A DNA stretch of 59,047 nucleotides, from NCBI RefSeq assembly GCF_001194135.2, contig NC_068987.1, forward strand, positions 70,207,731 through 70,266,777. The letters run 5' to 3'. This stretch comes from Octopus bimaculoides (lineage: Eukaryota). A program made the translations under genes and the position numbers. Of this stretch, positions 38,351-49,869 are shown piece after piece. The notes below the pieces were generated by a model. It ran no database searches. It worked only from the letters and a program-made list of their open reading frames with translations, and was not told where the DNA came from. Each line of letters begins with the position of its first letter. Position 1 is the stretch's first letter.

Positions 38351-38410
38351 AACTTTGTATCAAAATATTTTCGTCGCTTAGAAACCGTGACCTGTTCACT
38401 GACAAAACTT
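38351..38410 (-). ncRNA. Candidate minimal type I hammerhead ribozyme variant (G3:C8 core), probably PLE-associated and partly decayed
   Basis: Minus strand: aagttttgtca GTGAACA g gtcac ggtttctaa gcgac GAAA atattt tga(ta)caaagtt, i.e. stem I, core, stem II, GAAA, a palindromic AAUAUU stem III, then the stem I partner. Confidence 0.5.
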
Positions 38411-38450
38411 CACAAAAGTGATGCTGCCCTCAAAGTTTTGTCAGTGAACA

Positions 38451-38515
<65 letters not shown>

Positions 38516-38517
38516 AA

Positions 38518-38557
<40 letters not shown>

Positions 38558-38665
38558 CACACACGTGCATACAAACACATTCAACGCCTTTCATTCGTGT
38601 GTATGTGTATCTATGTGTATACGCGAGTGTGTATTGGTTTGTGTGTGTGTGTGTGTGTGTGTGTC
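38451..38665. repeat. (CA)n and (TG)n microsatellites
   Basis: Direct read. Confidence 0.95.
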
Positions 38666-39194
38666 ACTATTGAAGTTGTGTTTGGAAACTGTGAATAAGG
38701 AGCAAGTTTTGAGTACTTCTCAGTAACTTTTTTTTCTCCTCGTCTTCTCATAGTAATTACCCAACTTTATAGGCTCTTCTCACATCTATCGCGCGTTCAA
38801 AAATTATACGGGTGTTTTAGAAAATGTTCATTCAATGAATAATAATTTTACATTACGTATACATGTTTAGCGAATTAGACTTAAGAGAGAAAGTGAGAGA
38901 CTTTGCAAACGTGAATGGAATACTCGGCAGTGAATGTAATGAATATTTAAATTCGTGATGAATTGGACGCAGCAAGTATTTAAGTCTGCGAGAAATTGGA
39001 GTTTTAAAAAATTCAATAAATTTGAGAAATCGAAATCTTTTTTAGAACATGAATTTATTAAAATATTTCCAGACGGTCAACCCTTTAATAATTGCTTTCT
39101 TTTAGTACTTTTAGTAATTGTTACATACCAAATTAATGACCAGCTTTCTCCATTATAGTATACATTATTTAATTCATTTCCAGTTCTTATAGCT

Positions 39195-40125
39195 GTATGT
39201 ATGTACGAATGTATGTATGTATGTATGTATGTTCTCTTTCTCCTTTAATTTTTTAATTTAAAGTAAATTTTGACCGGTCATATTCTTGGTAACAAGGTTG
39301 TGAAGGAAAACATCTTGTATTGTTCATAATCCTTTAAATCGTAAGAAGCTTGTCTTGCATATTTTCATACTTCCATGTATTGTAATCATTTATAGCGTAT
39401 GAATTAAGGATTTGCTTTCCCTCACCAACAACCCATGTTCAGCCATATACTGCCTCAGACGGGTGTGTATCCTTTTACTCCAATAACGATAGGTATGAAT
39501 TTGAAAGTGTATCTTGGGTACTGGCTATTCTGCACTCCTTACTAATGGTCCATACATGTCTTCTTTCTCTTGTATTTTTCTTATCACATTGCTGTCCAGA
39601 GAGCAGCTGATTTCCTCAAAAGAACATATTTTTTTCTTGTGGTCCCACACAGCAAAATCTGTCCAGTTGCATTTTATCTTCGTGTCTGTTTAACATCTTT
39701 AAGTTCCACCAATATTCCTTTGACTCATTTGTCTCCATATAATCAACTCCATTTGTAGGTTTTTTTAGTGGGGTGGGGTATCTTGTTCAAAAAGGTTCTA
39801 GCGCCTGCATCATGCTTCATGGGAGAATAGTATATGGAAGACAGTCTCCCACACTTGGCAATAATGTGATTGTAATTGATGCCCTTAGTCTTAACCTCGC
39901 ATAGACCACAAAATATGTCTGTCAACGTGTTTTGACACGTGTGCTGAAGGCATTTGGTAGAAAACTTTTCTTCAATTGCATAGATGTAGCCTTCAAATTG
40001 CTATCTCATGAACTTCCAATCAATATATCTGCCACGTGTAAACATAACAAGGCCAGATATTGTTGTTTGGGACAAGCAAGGAAATGTATATACCGTCATA
40101 GATTTCAGCCATCCTGCTGATGTGA
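39195..40125 (-). mobile_element. Second RLE-type LINE family, 3' fragment with (CATA)n tail
   Basis: Minus-strand translation EGYIYAIEEK...CGLCEVK..NHIIAKC..LSSIYYSPMKHD (CCHC knuckle), then EYWWN...DFAVWDHKKKIC..EEISC..D.N..KIQEKEDMYGPL...FKFIPIVIG...KICKT. The (ATGT)n on the plus strand at 39195-39230 lies ~100 bp downstream of the coding end. Confidence 0.7.
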
Positions 40126-40436
40126 ATAGAAAAGAGTAACAAATAAACGTATAATAATGGTGTGACTTTATACTAACAGTAGAGAAATTTCTTATGTCTG
40201 GAAACACAACCTTCATTCTCCCGTTTTCCATACATATATACCAATCAATTTAGTAAGCTAACTCTGTATTTATCTTTCTATTCATCTAGTCATAGATATA
40301 CATGTGCGAGTACAAGCACGTGTATATGTTTGTGTAGATATAAACACATTATATGCATGCACACACAAAAGTCATTGACACAAGTATTATGAGGCAAAGT
40401 GTAGATTGAACGAGATAATATATTTCCTATTTTTAA

Positions 40437-40650
40437 GGCGACGAGCTGGCAGAAACGTTAGCACGCCCGGCGAAATACTTAGCGATATTTTGTCTGTCTT
40501 TACGTTCTGAGTTCAAATTCCGCCGAGGTTGACTTTGCTTTCATCCTTTCTGGGTCAATAAATTAAGTATCAGTTGCATACTGGGGTCGGTCTAATCGAC
40601 TGGCCCCCTCCCTCAAAATTTCGGGCCTTGTGCTTAGAGTAGAAAAGAAT
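40437..40650 (+). mobile_element. tRNA-derived SINE family A, best-preserved copy
   Basis: ggcgacgagctggcagaaacgttagcacgcccggcgaaatacttagcg...gagttcaaattccgccgagg...cgggccttgtgcttagagtagaaaagaa. Confidence 0.9.
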
Positions 40651-41754
40651 ATATTTCCTATTTTAGCATTAGTCATAATTCTCCCTACGTCATATATCTT
40701 TAAAATCACTTTCTTCAACGCATCATTGTAACTATAAGGATCAGGACTAAAATTTTCTTCATTCCAAAATATACAAGACAGCTTGCAAATCAACGAAACA
40801 TTCTATTATTGCTGGAGGATGATTGAAATCTTATTAATGAGCGGCGGTATTTATGTCAGCTATAATATTTTTTTTCTTTTTCTCATTAACAAATGCCGAT
40901 TCTCCTATTAACTAAGAGATATGTATTTCAGCACATCGAATTCACTATATCTATGAAAATTCTTGTTTCAAAATATGTATATTTCAATAACGTTATTGTG
41001 TTTCATTTTCCTTCTATAATTTACAAGCAATTTTACAATTTTGCTTCCATTCAAAGAATGTCAACATTTTATTTTGCAAGAGTTGAAATGTGACATATAT
41101 TTCAACGGTTAGATTGTTGAGCAAAGTTACTTTAAGTTTTCAAATAATTTATCAGTATATATCTGTTTCCAAGCTATACCTATAAAACCTGACAAATTTG
41201 AACTCTGTCCTTAAAACTGAGGTGTTGATGGACAATCAATTGAATAATCGGCATCATAAAACACAAACATATGATTCAAGAAGCGTCAGCTGCCAATAAA
41301 ATATTGTGTGATTATACATACATTACTAAATACATACATAACAGACAGGTTACGATGACAGTTTTCGAAATTTCACTTCAAAGCTTGCCTACTTTTCAGT
41401 GTAATATTTTAGCTTAAGTAGAAACATTTGTTTTGATTGTTTATGTAAGGAGAGACTTATTTATCTATCATTCGCCATCGAGAATTTAATGAAACACAAC
41501 AGCTCTAATATAATCTTTCCTAGTATTTTCCTTGTTTCTTTTCCAGTTTTCATTTTATTTATTTTTTCTATCTTATATTTACTTTTTTTCATTTTGTAAT
41601 GTTTCAGCTTTCTGTGCTGTTTATTTTATTATTATAATTTTTTTTTGTCGTATTATTGTTTTTGCTATCTTTATTTCAGTTGGCATCCCAAACATCTCAC
41701 GATCGAAATATATCCAATTTGTAACTCTTTGATAGCATCTCTTACACTAGCACT

Positions 41755-41792
41755 CATTGTTGTCATCGTTGTCGTCGTCGTCGTCGTCCTCG

Positions 41793-41835
<43 letters not shown>

Positions 41836-41850
41836 TATTATTGTTATTAT
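41755..41850. repeat. (GTC)n-(ATC)n-(ATT)n compound microsatellite
   Basis: Direct read. Confidence 0.9.
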
Positions 41851-42181
41851 TTCAATGCTGTGTTGCTTTTTAGTGGGATTTTAACTTACTTTGTACTCCT
41901 ATCCTTCTTGTAAGCTTTAATCGGTGTGAATCTATGAGCTGTCGACATTTTCTGTGAAAACATGGTGTCACTATGATTCTCAAGCATATATATTCTGTAT
42001 CTTTGTCAACTACATATATTACTTGTTTGAAGGTTAAGAAGTATACTGTTGTGCAGTTAACGGAGCTGGAACGAGTGGGTGTGTGCGTGTGAAAACAATG
42101 CACAATGTGAGAGTATGTGTTCGTGCAGGCATAGATAGAGTGGAAGAGGGGGAGAGAGCGACAGAGTGAGAGAGAGAGGGA

Positions 42182-42216
<35 letters not shown>

Positions 42217-42842
42217 GGGGAGATAGGCTCTATCTACAGAGTGATAAAAAGAAGCAAAGTGTGTGTTTGTGTACGAGTGTATGTTAGCTGAAAACAAGAA
42301 CAGATATTTTATCTCCTTTTGTCTCTTAATTAAATATATATTTAATCTTATTGAAAACAAAATTAGATGAGTTGGAAATGGAATTTAAAGAGAAGGATAA
42401 TTATAAAACGAATGGGGTGTAAGAGAAGAGAAAGGAAAAAAAAATCAAAATAAATGAGGAAAAAATTTTGAAAAAAATTAGAACGAAAAATTCGACGTAA
42501 AATGAATTATTGTTTAAAATAAAGAAGAAAATGTATTGTCGATATGTCTGTGTGACAGGTATTGTTTTGGTAATACATTACTGAAATTTTGTTACTTAAT
42601 TCATAATTCTTTGAAGTATGGCTGCAAAATTGGCGTCACATATGTCTGAAAATAGTAAATTCGAAAGTAATGATATCCTATCGTTAAAATAAAGTATTGA
42701 GAATAAGAGAAAAGGCAGAAGAATAGTTTTTTCCACCATATATTAGAAAATTTTCTGTTGAAGCATTTGGTTAAACATACTTATGTAGCATTAAGTAGAT
42801 GTTTACAACAACAACAACATTAATAATAATAATAATAATAAT

Positions 42843-43488
42843 AGGTGCAGAATATGTGGACAAAACGATGAAGCCGTATGGCATATTACCAGCCAATGTA
42901 CGCCACTAGTCGAGAAGGAGTATAAGAGACGCCACGACAATATATAGCCAGGCTTGTCCATTGGACACTTTGCACTTGACAGAGAAAAAAAAAATTGATT
43001 CGACCACAAACCCGTAGGCATCGTCGAAAATAGAAATACAAAGTTCCTATGGGATTTTATGATTCAGTGCGACCATGAGATAGAGAATAGGAAGCCGAAC
43101 ATAGACTCAATTGAGAAAGAAAACAAACTATACTGGATCATAGATATAGCATGCCCAGTTGGCAACAAGGTATGCGATAAGGAAGAAAGAAAGTTGAGAG
43201 ACATGACAAGTTAGCTTGGGAAGTTAAGCAGTTGTGGTCGATGAAAAAGGTAGCAGTAGTACCAATAATTTTCGAAGCCCTGAGAACAGTGAGCAAAAAT
43301 CTCGAGAAGCACGTGGAACAAATAGGGGCTACAATAATGGTGGAGCACTTTCAGTAAACAGCACTGCTTGGAACCGCTCGAATACTCCGGAAGGTGCTCG
43401 AAAAATAAGAGACGTTACCTTAGTTCACTGGTAGTAAACAGCTGACACTGCAGTTCATCTCCAGCGTTAGAAGCTGTACAAAGGCATT
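42843..43488 (+). mobile_element. 5'-truncated R4/Dong-like LINE (CCHC knuckle, RLE, 3' UTR) between (AAT)n tracts
   Basis: RCRICGQNDEAVWHITSQC..EKEYKRRHDNIARLVHW...KFLWDFMIQCDHEIENRKPNI...LYWIIDIACP..NKVCDKEE...LAWEVKQLWSMKKVAVVPII..ALRTVSKNLEKH...TALLGTARILRKVLEK*. Confidence 0.9.
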
Positions 43489-43869
43489 AATAATAATAAT
43501 AATAATGAGAGACTGAGTCATAACAATGGGAGACTGAGTGAACAGCATCAGGATTATCTGAATGCAGAAATCATACCTATCTGGATGGCTAATGGGAAAA
43601 CAGAACATCTTATGAAAGGCAAACGCAAAGGTAATATAGGTAGTAATTATAGACCAATCACTTGCTTACCGTCAATGTGGAAACTGTTAACAATTCTCTC
43701 AGAAAACATTTCGAGGCATCTTGACAGCCAGACTTTTCTTCCAGAAGAAGAGAAAGTTTTCAGAAAGAATGGTAGTAGAACACATGCTTTATTATTCATA
43801 GACAAAGTAGTCCTAAAAGAAGTGAAATACTGACAAAAAAAAAAAATTAACAACCGCATCGATAAATTA

Positions 43870-46196
43870 CACTAGGCACCAAAGATTTTGCTACTAGAGC
43901 AAAATTATGTGTTTTAGGCTAAATCAAGGATGCTAATTCCGAATCTGTACTCAGAATTGTTCTAGCACGTCAAGATTTTAAATTATGCGTATGCGCAAAA
44001 TTACAGCTATACTTTCAGCTAGATATAGGCCGTATTATAAAGTTTGCTAAAATGAAAGCGGTCTTAATTCAAAATTAAAGAAATAGCAGCAATAAAGCAA
44101 CCGATGAGAAATTTCATCATTTAGTTTAGCAATAGATGGCGCGGACGTATTGTGTGCAAGCGCTAAATATGTCGGTTTGTTCTTGGTAACTCTCAGTGTC
44201 GTCTGCGCTGCATCATGCTCTGCGTGATTACTGATTCAATTGTGTTCATTGTGTTAGATTATGAATAGGAGAGGCTGTGTGAATCACCCAGAAAATTTTT
44301 GTTACGTCTGTAGAAAAGTTGCTCCTCGCGGCCAGCGGAAGAACATTGCCACCAATTTAAAAACTGCCTATAAATAAATATTTCGGGTGTTAAGTTGGGG
44401 ACCAAGACAAGAGGTGGACGCCTCATATAAGCTGCACTGTGTGTTATTCAGTGCTTTCACAGTGACTGGATGGAAAACGGAAGGGAATGATTTTTGCTGT
44501 ACCAATGGTATGGCATGAGCGAACCAACCATGTCTCTGATTGTTACTTTTGCATGACTAATATTACTGGTTTATCAATGAAGACCTAACCAAAATTTATG
44601 TATGCAGGTTGTAAGTCGGCTCTAAAGCTAGTCCCACATGACTTCGAGAACCTTGTCTCAGTTTCTCTCTCACTAGAGGACCTTGACACGTCACACGCGA
44701 TGAACTCCTAATTTTTCTATCGACAAAGAGTACATAGTTGATTCTAAGAAAAATGAGCCACGCTTTTTTAATCAAGAAGATTTGAACGATTTAGTAAGAG
44801 ACTTGGCATTGTCAAAGAAGAAGGCAGAATTTTGGGGATCTAGACTACAGCAACGGAATCTCTTACGGCAAGGTATGAAAATGTCCATTTTCCGTTCTGC
44901 CATGAAGACTTGTCTGTCTTTTTCAAGCAAGAAAATAATGCTTGTTTCTGTACTGACGTTAATGCACTCATGCAAAACTAGGACACGAGCATGTAGCTAA
45001 CGAACGGAAATTGTTTATACACTGGAGTAGGGTTTACCTCAAAGCTGTTTTGTTACATAATGGTAATGAAAATCTTTCCATTCCTGTGGGTCATGTCGGT
45101 ATGGAAGAAACTTATGATTCGATGGAACTCATTCTGTAAGGAGATAATTACTCAGTTTATAACTGGAATATTTGTGGTGATTTAAAGGTGATTTCCTTCC
45201 TCCTAAGACTGCAGCTGGGATATACCAAAAACATGTGCTTCTTGTGTGTTTGGAACAGCTGCAACGACAGCAAAAGACTGGCCTAAAAGAGACGAGCGCA
45301 TAGTTGGTCGGTACAATGTGCAGCATATGCCACTGGTAGACCCACAAAAGAATTTTCCTTCCACCCCTTCACATCAAACTCGCCTCATGAAAACTTCGTA
45401 AAAGCAATGGCATACGATGGTTGTGGCTTCCAGTACTTAAAAGTAAAATTTGGTGCAGAGAAAAGTGACGCAAAACTGAAAGCAGGCATTTTCATTGGAC
45501 CCGAGATTTAGAGAATTGATGTCTGATAGCGAATTCAGAGATAAACTGAATCCAGTAGAGTTGAATCATGTTAGTTGTACAACACTTTCTTAGAAATAAG
45601 AAAGTTCTGGAAATAAGAAAGTTCTGCTGATGAAAGCGTATGAAAGAATGGGATAACGAATGTCCCTTAAAATGCACTTCTTGCATTCCCATCTCGATTT
45701 TTTTTTCCGACGAATTTTGCTGCCATTTATGATGAACGTGATAAGAGGTTCCACCAGGACATATCTGACATTGAAACATGGTACAAAGGCCGGTTCAATC
45801 CACACATGATGGGTGACTACTGCTGGTTCCTACAACGGGAGACCAGTACAACGCATAAGCACGGGAGTAAGTGTCTCAAACATTTCTGAGCTGAGCATAT
45901 CAAAAATAAAGTGAGTATTCCTTAACATAAATATACTACATACCATTATATTATAATACTATTTGCCTTGAACATAAATATACTATATACAGTACTAATA
46001 CAATAATTATAATAATTCTTTACCTTGAACTTAACTATTCCCGATACTAATTTAGTATTAATATATAATTATGCACATAACTCAAAAATCCTGACGTGTT
46101 ACAGCAATTCTGAGTTCAGATTCAGAAGTAGCGTACTCGATTTAGTTTAATACAGCACTATTTTCTGGGTAGCAGAATTTTTTTTTTTTCCCAGTG
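43870..46196 (+). mobile_element. CMC-superfamily (Chapaev3-like) DNA transposon, full length, inactivated
   Basis: CAC...GTG termini, ~120-bp imperfect TIRs (gctaattccgaatctgtactcagaattg versus gctacttctgaatctgaactcagaattg) and flanks TTA/TTG. It contains a decayed transposase with the CxxHPxNFCYVC N-terminus and the LKAVLLHNGN, GDLK, PPLHIK and ERFHQD motifs. The superfamily name is from family recall. Confidence 0.8.
44261..45889 (+). pseudogene. Transposase pseudogene of the Chapaev3-like element
   Basis: ATG at 44261 (MNRRGCVNHPENFCYVC). ORF 44782-45000 gives NDLVRDLALSKKKAEFWGSRLQQ. It ends MMGDYCWFLQRETSTTHK..KCLKHF* at 45889, with multiple stops and frameshifts. Confidence 0.85.
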
Positions 46197-49100
46197 TTGA
46201 GATAACGTAAGATATAATTCCACACTCATAGGCAAATGAATGCTAAAGTATATTCAGTAATACAGACAACATAAGAGATTTAATTAGATATGCTGCGAAG
46301 AAATGGTAAGTGGAACATAACCCAGGTGTAAGTTAATATCAAGAAATTTTTCAGGGAAGACTCGTCATTCCCTAACATTTGTGTTATGTTTAGTCTTTCT
46401 CAGTTTAGTATTAAGAAAGGCAAATGAAAAATTAACCATTTGCTCAACATTGATGATTTGAAGCTTTTTAATACAAATAATAAAGAGTTAATATAAATAA
46501 TACAAACTAAAAGTCACTTCAGCAAACATATAGGTAAGGAACTTGATATAGATAAGTGCGCAATATTAGTTGTAAAAAAGGAACAGGTAGTCAGCATTGC
46601 AGGCATTCAGATACCGGATGTCCAGATATTAAAATCAATGACAGAAGGAGAAAGTTATAAATATCTAGGGGTGTTTTAATCTGACAGATAACTAAGGAAA
46701 TGAAAGAGAAAGTGGAGCAGGAGTAATTCAGACGGGTGTGGAATTTAATGAAGTCAAAGCTGAATAGTACGAAAATAGCGAAGGCCATAAATACTTGGGC
46801 AGTATATTTACTTAGATGTTCAGCAGCTTTTGTAGATTGGACAAAATCTGCAATAGAACTAGGAAGGAGTTCAATATGAACGGAGGACTTCATTCTAGAG
46901 GAAGAGTAGCAACATTGTATTTACCTAGAAAGGAAGGTGTAAGAGGTGTAATATCAACAGAAGACTGTATGCAGTTAGCTAGAGTAGATATAGCTTCCTA
47001 TGTAGGCAATAGTGAGGAAATTTTATTGAGAGCTGCTTGTGTAATAGTAGGAGATAGGGAAATAAATCAAAAAGCCAAATACAAATGTAGTTAAAAACTA
47101 GAAATAATAAAAGAAGCTAGTTTATCTGACTGGCAAGAGAAGGCTTTGCATGGTAGATGTCCAAAGATAGTTGCAGAAAATAGTAATAGTGAGACATGGT
47201 TACATTTGCAGAAAAGAAGGCTGAATGGAGAGACAGAATTTTTTTAGTATCAGAACAAGATCTGGCACCGAGGAATGACTGATCAAAGCGAAGATAGATA
47301 AAAACCAGAGAGATTCCCAGTTTAGGTTATGTAAAGGAAATGAAGGAAATGTTAATCATATAGTTAGTGACTATAGTATGCAGGTACAGAAGCAATACAA
47401 GAAAAGACATTGAAATCTATAGAGACTAACCCACTGGGAGCTATGTAGAAGACTAGGATTTAACCATTCTGACAATGATATGAAGATGATCCTAGTAAAG
47501 TGCTAGAAAGTAATAAGTATAAGATGTGGGATTTTAACATTGAGATGGACAGATTCAGTGGTGGTAGAAAAGAGAATAGACAGTGCCAATTAAGTGACTT
47601 TACAGTCCCCCAAAAATGAGGAAGTCAATATGTGAGGTATAGAGAAAATAACAAATACTAGGACCTAGCCATTGAGTTACAGTCTGTGGAAAATACTTTT
47701 AGTTATAGGTGCATTAGGAAATATTTCTAAACATTTGAACAACTGGATAGAGAAAGTAGGCATAATACTTAGTTTAGTGTAGCTCCAAATAGCAGTATCG
47801 CTACGGACAGCTAGGATACATAGGTAAGTTATAATAATGGAATTGGATGACGACAAAATCTTGATAATTCGCAAAAGCAGCGTAAGGAAAAAGGTGAAAT
47901 TTTTAAAGAAAAATTTAATACAATTTATCTCTATAGGAATGATCTAAATCGATGAGTATACCATCGAAATAAGTTTCCTCTTTATGTAATATATTAGAGT
48001 TATATAAACTAAGACTAGAGAAACTTATCTCTCTATGTCTATAAAATTCGATGAATTTGAATTTTGTTCTTAAAACTGAGGTGTTGACGTAAGTGATTAT
48101 GTCTGAGTCAGAAACATTCTCCAAAATATCTCATAATATACAACTTCCAAACTGGCTAAATATATTCGAGCAATCATTTTCTTTCACTTTACTGGATAAA
48201 TATTTTTTGTGTGGATATCTATTCCCTCTCAGGAGTGTAAGCAAAGAATCCAAAATATGATCGCTTATTTCTATACTTCAACACTGAACCGTTCTCAACT
48301 ATGTTCTTATCTACTTTATTGCCAGATAAATAACCAACATTAATGAATAAGTAGATACATAAAGTCAACGAATCTTGGGTGAAAATTTGTGATTTTCTAT
48401 CTTGCTATATATCCCTCTAACCCACACTATGTAAGGGACTAAATATTTCCGGCCTCATTCAATGGACAGCTGAAATAGAAACAAGACAGAGGTATAAAAC
48501 CAGTGCTGTAGTTTTTATATGAATTTATGTTCTATGGTTGCCAATTTTATATTAGCAAAGGTCCTTTACAGTGTGTTAATTTGTAGTTCTAAACTCTTTC
48601 TAGCGAGGCACTGAATATCCACGTTAATCGTGAAGAAAGTCAGCTTACTTAAAACAGATATATTGTAAGTCATTTGAAGCTTCAGAGTTATAAAACCAAT
48701 TTTGGTTAACCCTACACTAAATGTAAATATGTTTTAAGCATATAATTATATCATAAATACAAATATTATTTCATAAATTGAACTCGTTTCTGCAGAGTTT
48801 AAATGGCTGAAAATAGCTTCGAAATACCGAAATTAAATATGCTAAAGCTGCATTCCAATACCCAGTTACACAGAATGCCTAACGTTCGTAGTACCTTGAC
48901 ACTGAGACAATATGAAGTGTTTTCATTCCAAAAGTTGACACTATAGATTCGCATACAAGAAATCTTTTGCACGATTCCTGCACCTGGACTAATTTATTTA
49001 AAACAACTGCGCTATCATTGCTTTTATAAAGGTAATGTTGAAAACGATTAACGAATTAGCTTTCGCTGTGTCCTTTTCATTTTCCATTTTCATTATTCAT

Positions 49101-49869
49101 TTTATGGACTTATAAACTTATTTAGACTTAGTTTATGCTGTCAAATACCTATTCCACTTTTGGGAGATGTTAAACTGCATTAGAATCGTTTTGTATTAAA
49201 TATTTCGTAAGTTGCTAAGAAAACATTAACTAATCAACCGATAACTTCCGGTGAATAAACTTGATATTTCAGAATTTTTTAATTCAATTTAAATTCATTT
49301 AGAAAAAAGAAATTGATGATACAATCTACATCCAAACAGTAACTTTGTGTCACTTGAGAATGGATTTGTATTTACGTCCATCATCTTAAATACTCAAATT
49401 AAGAGGTGGTTATTGATATGAAGTCAAGATTAAATATAACACAAGTGTTTAAATGATAGATTTTAAATGTCCAGTCATATAAGGTGAATGAGTAAGAATT
49501 ATATTTTACATTATTTGAGCATTAGTCTTGACAATAAACTGGAACACCACATGTTTAATACGTGGAAAACAATGTTTAACTCATGCAAGAAGGTAGCATT
49601 CGTGTTTGTTGATAACTAAATGTTGCACGCACTTAGCATATCTTACAATGCGTTGGTTACTCGCGCTTCTATAGAATACAGTGATAACTCACTAATTTAT
49701 ATTATGAAGCAGTTATCGATATGTCCTTCAATTAGTTTATTATAGATTATGTAAATTTATATGATAGATTACATATATAATCTAATATGTAAATCCTACG
49801 AGTATACGATACTAATTGTCATATATACAACTGCAGATAATTAACAGATTTTCCATAGAAAAAATACGA

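Larger units (their letters stand above)
43507..47830 (+). mobile_element. Long decayed R4/Dong-like LINE (RT, CCHC, RLE) interrupted by a DNA transposon at 43870-46196
   Basis: 43585-43833 gives SNYRPITCLPSMWKLLT...LPEEEKVFRK...LLFIDKVVLKEV (RT start). After 46197 it resumes with DIIPHS, IFQG.DS, HLL.IDDLKLF, YKYLG, KAINTWAV, LYLPRKEGVRG (ORF 46816-47094), then HWELC, WDF, KYxDLAIEL, IGALG and TARI. Confidence 0.85.
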
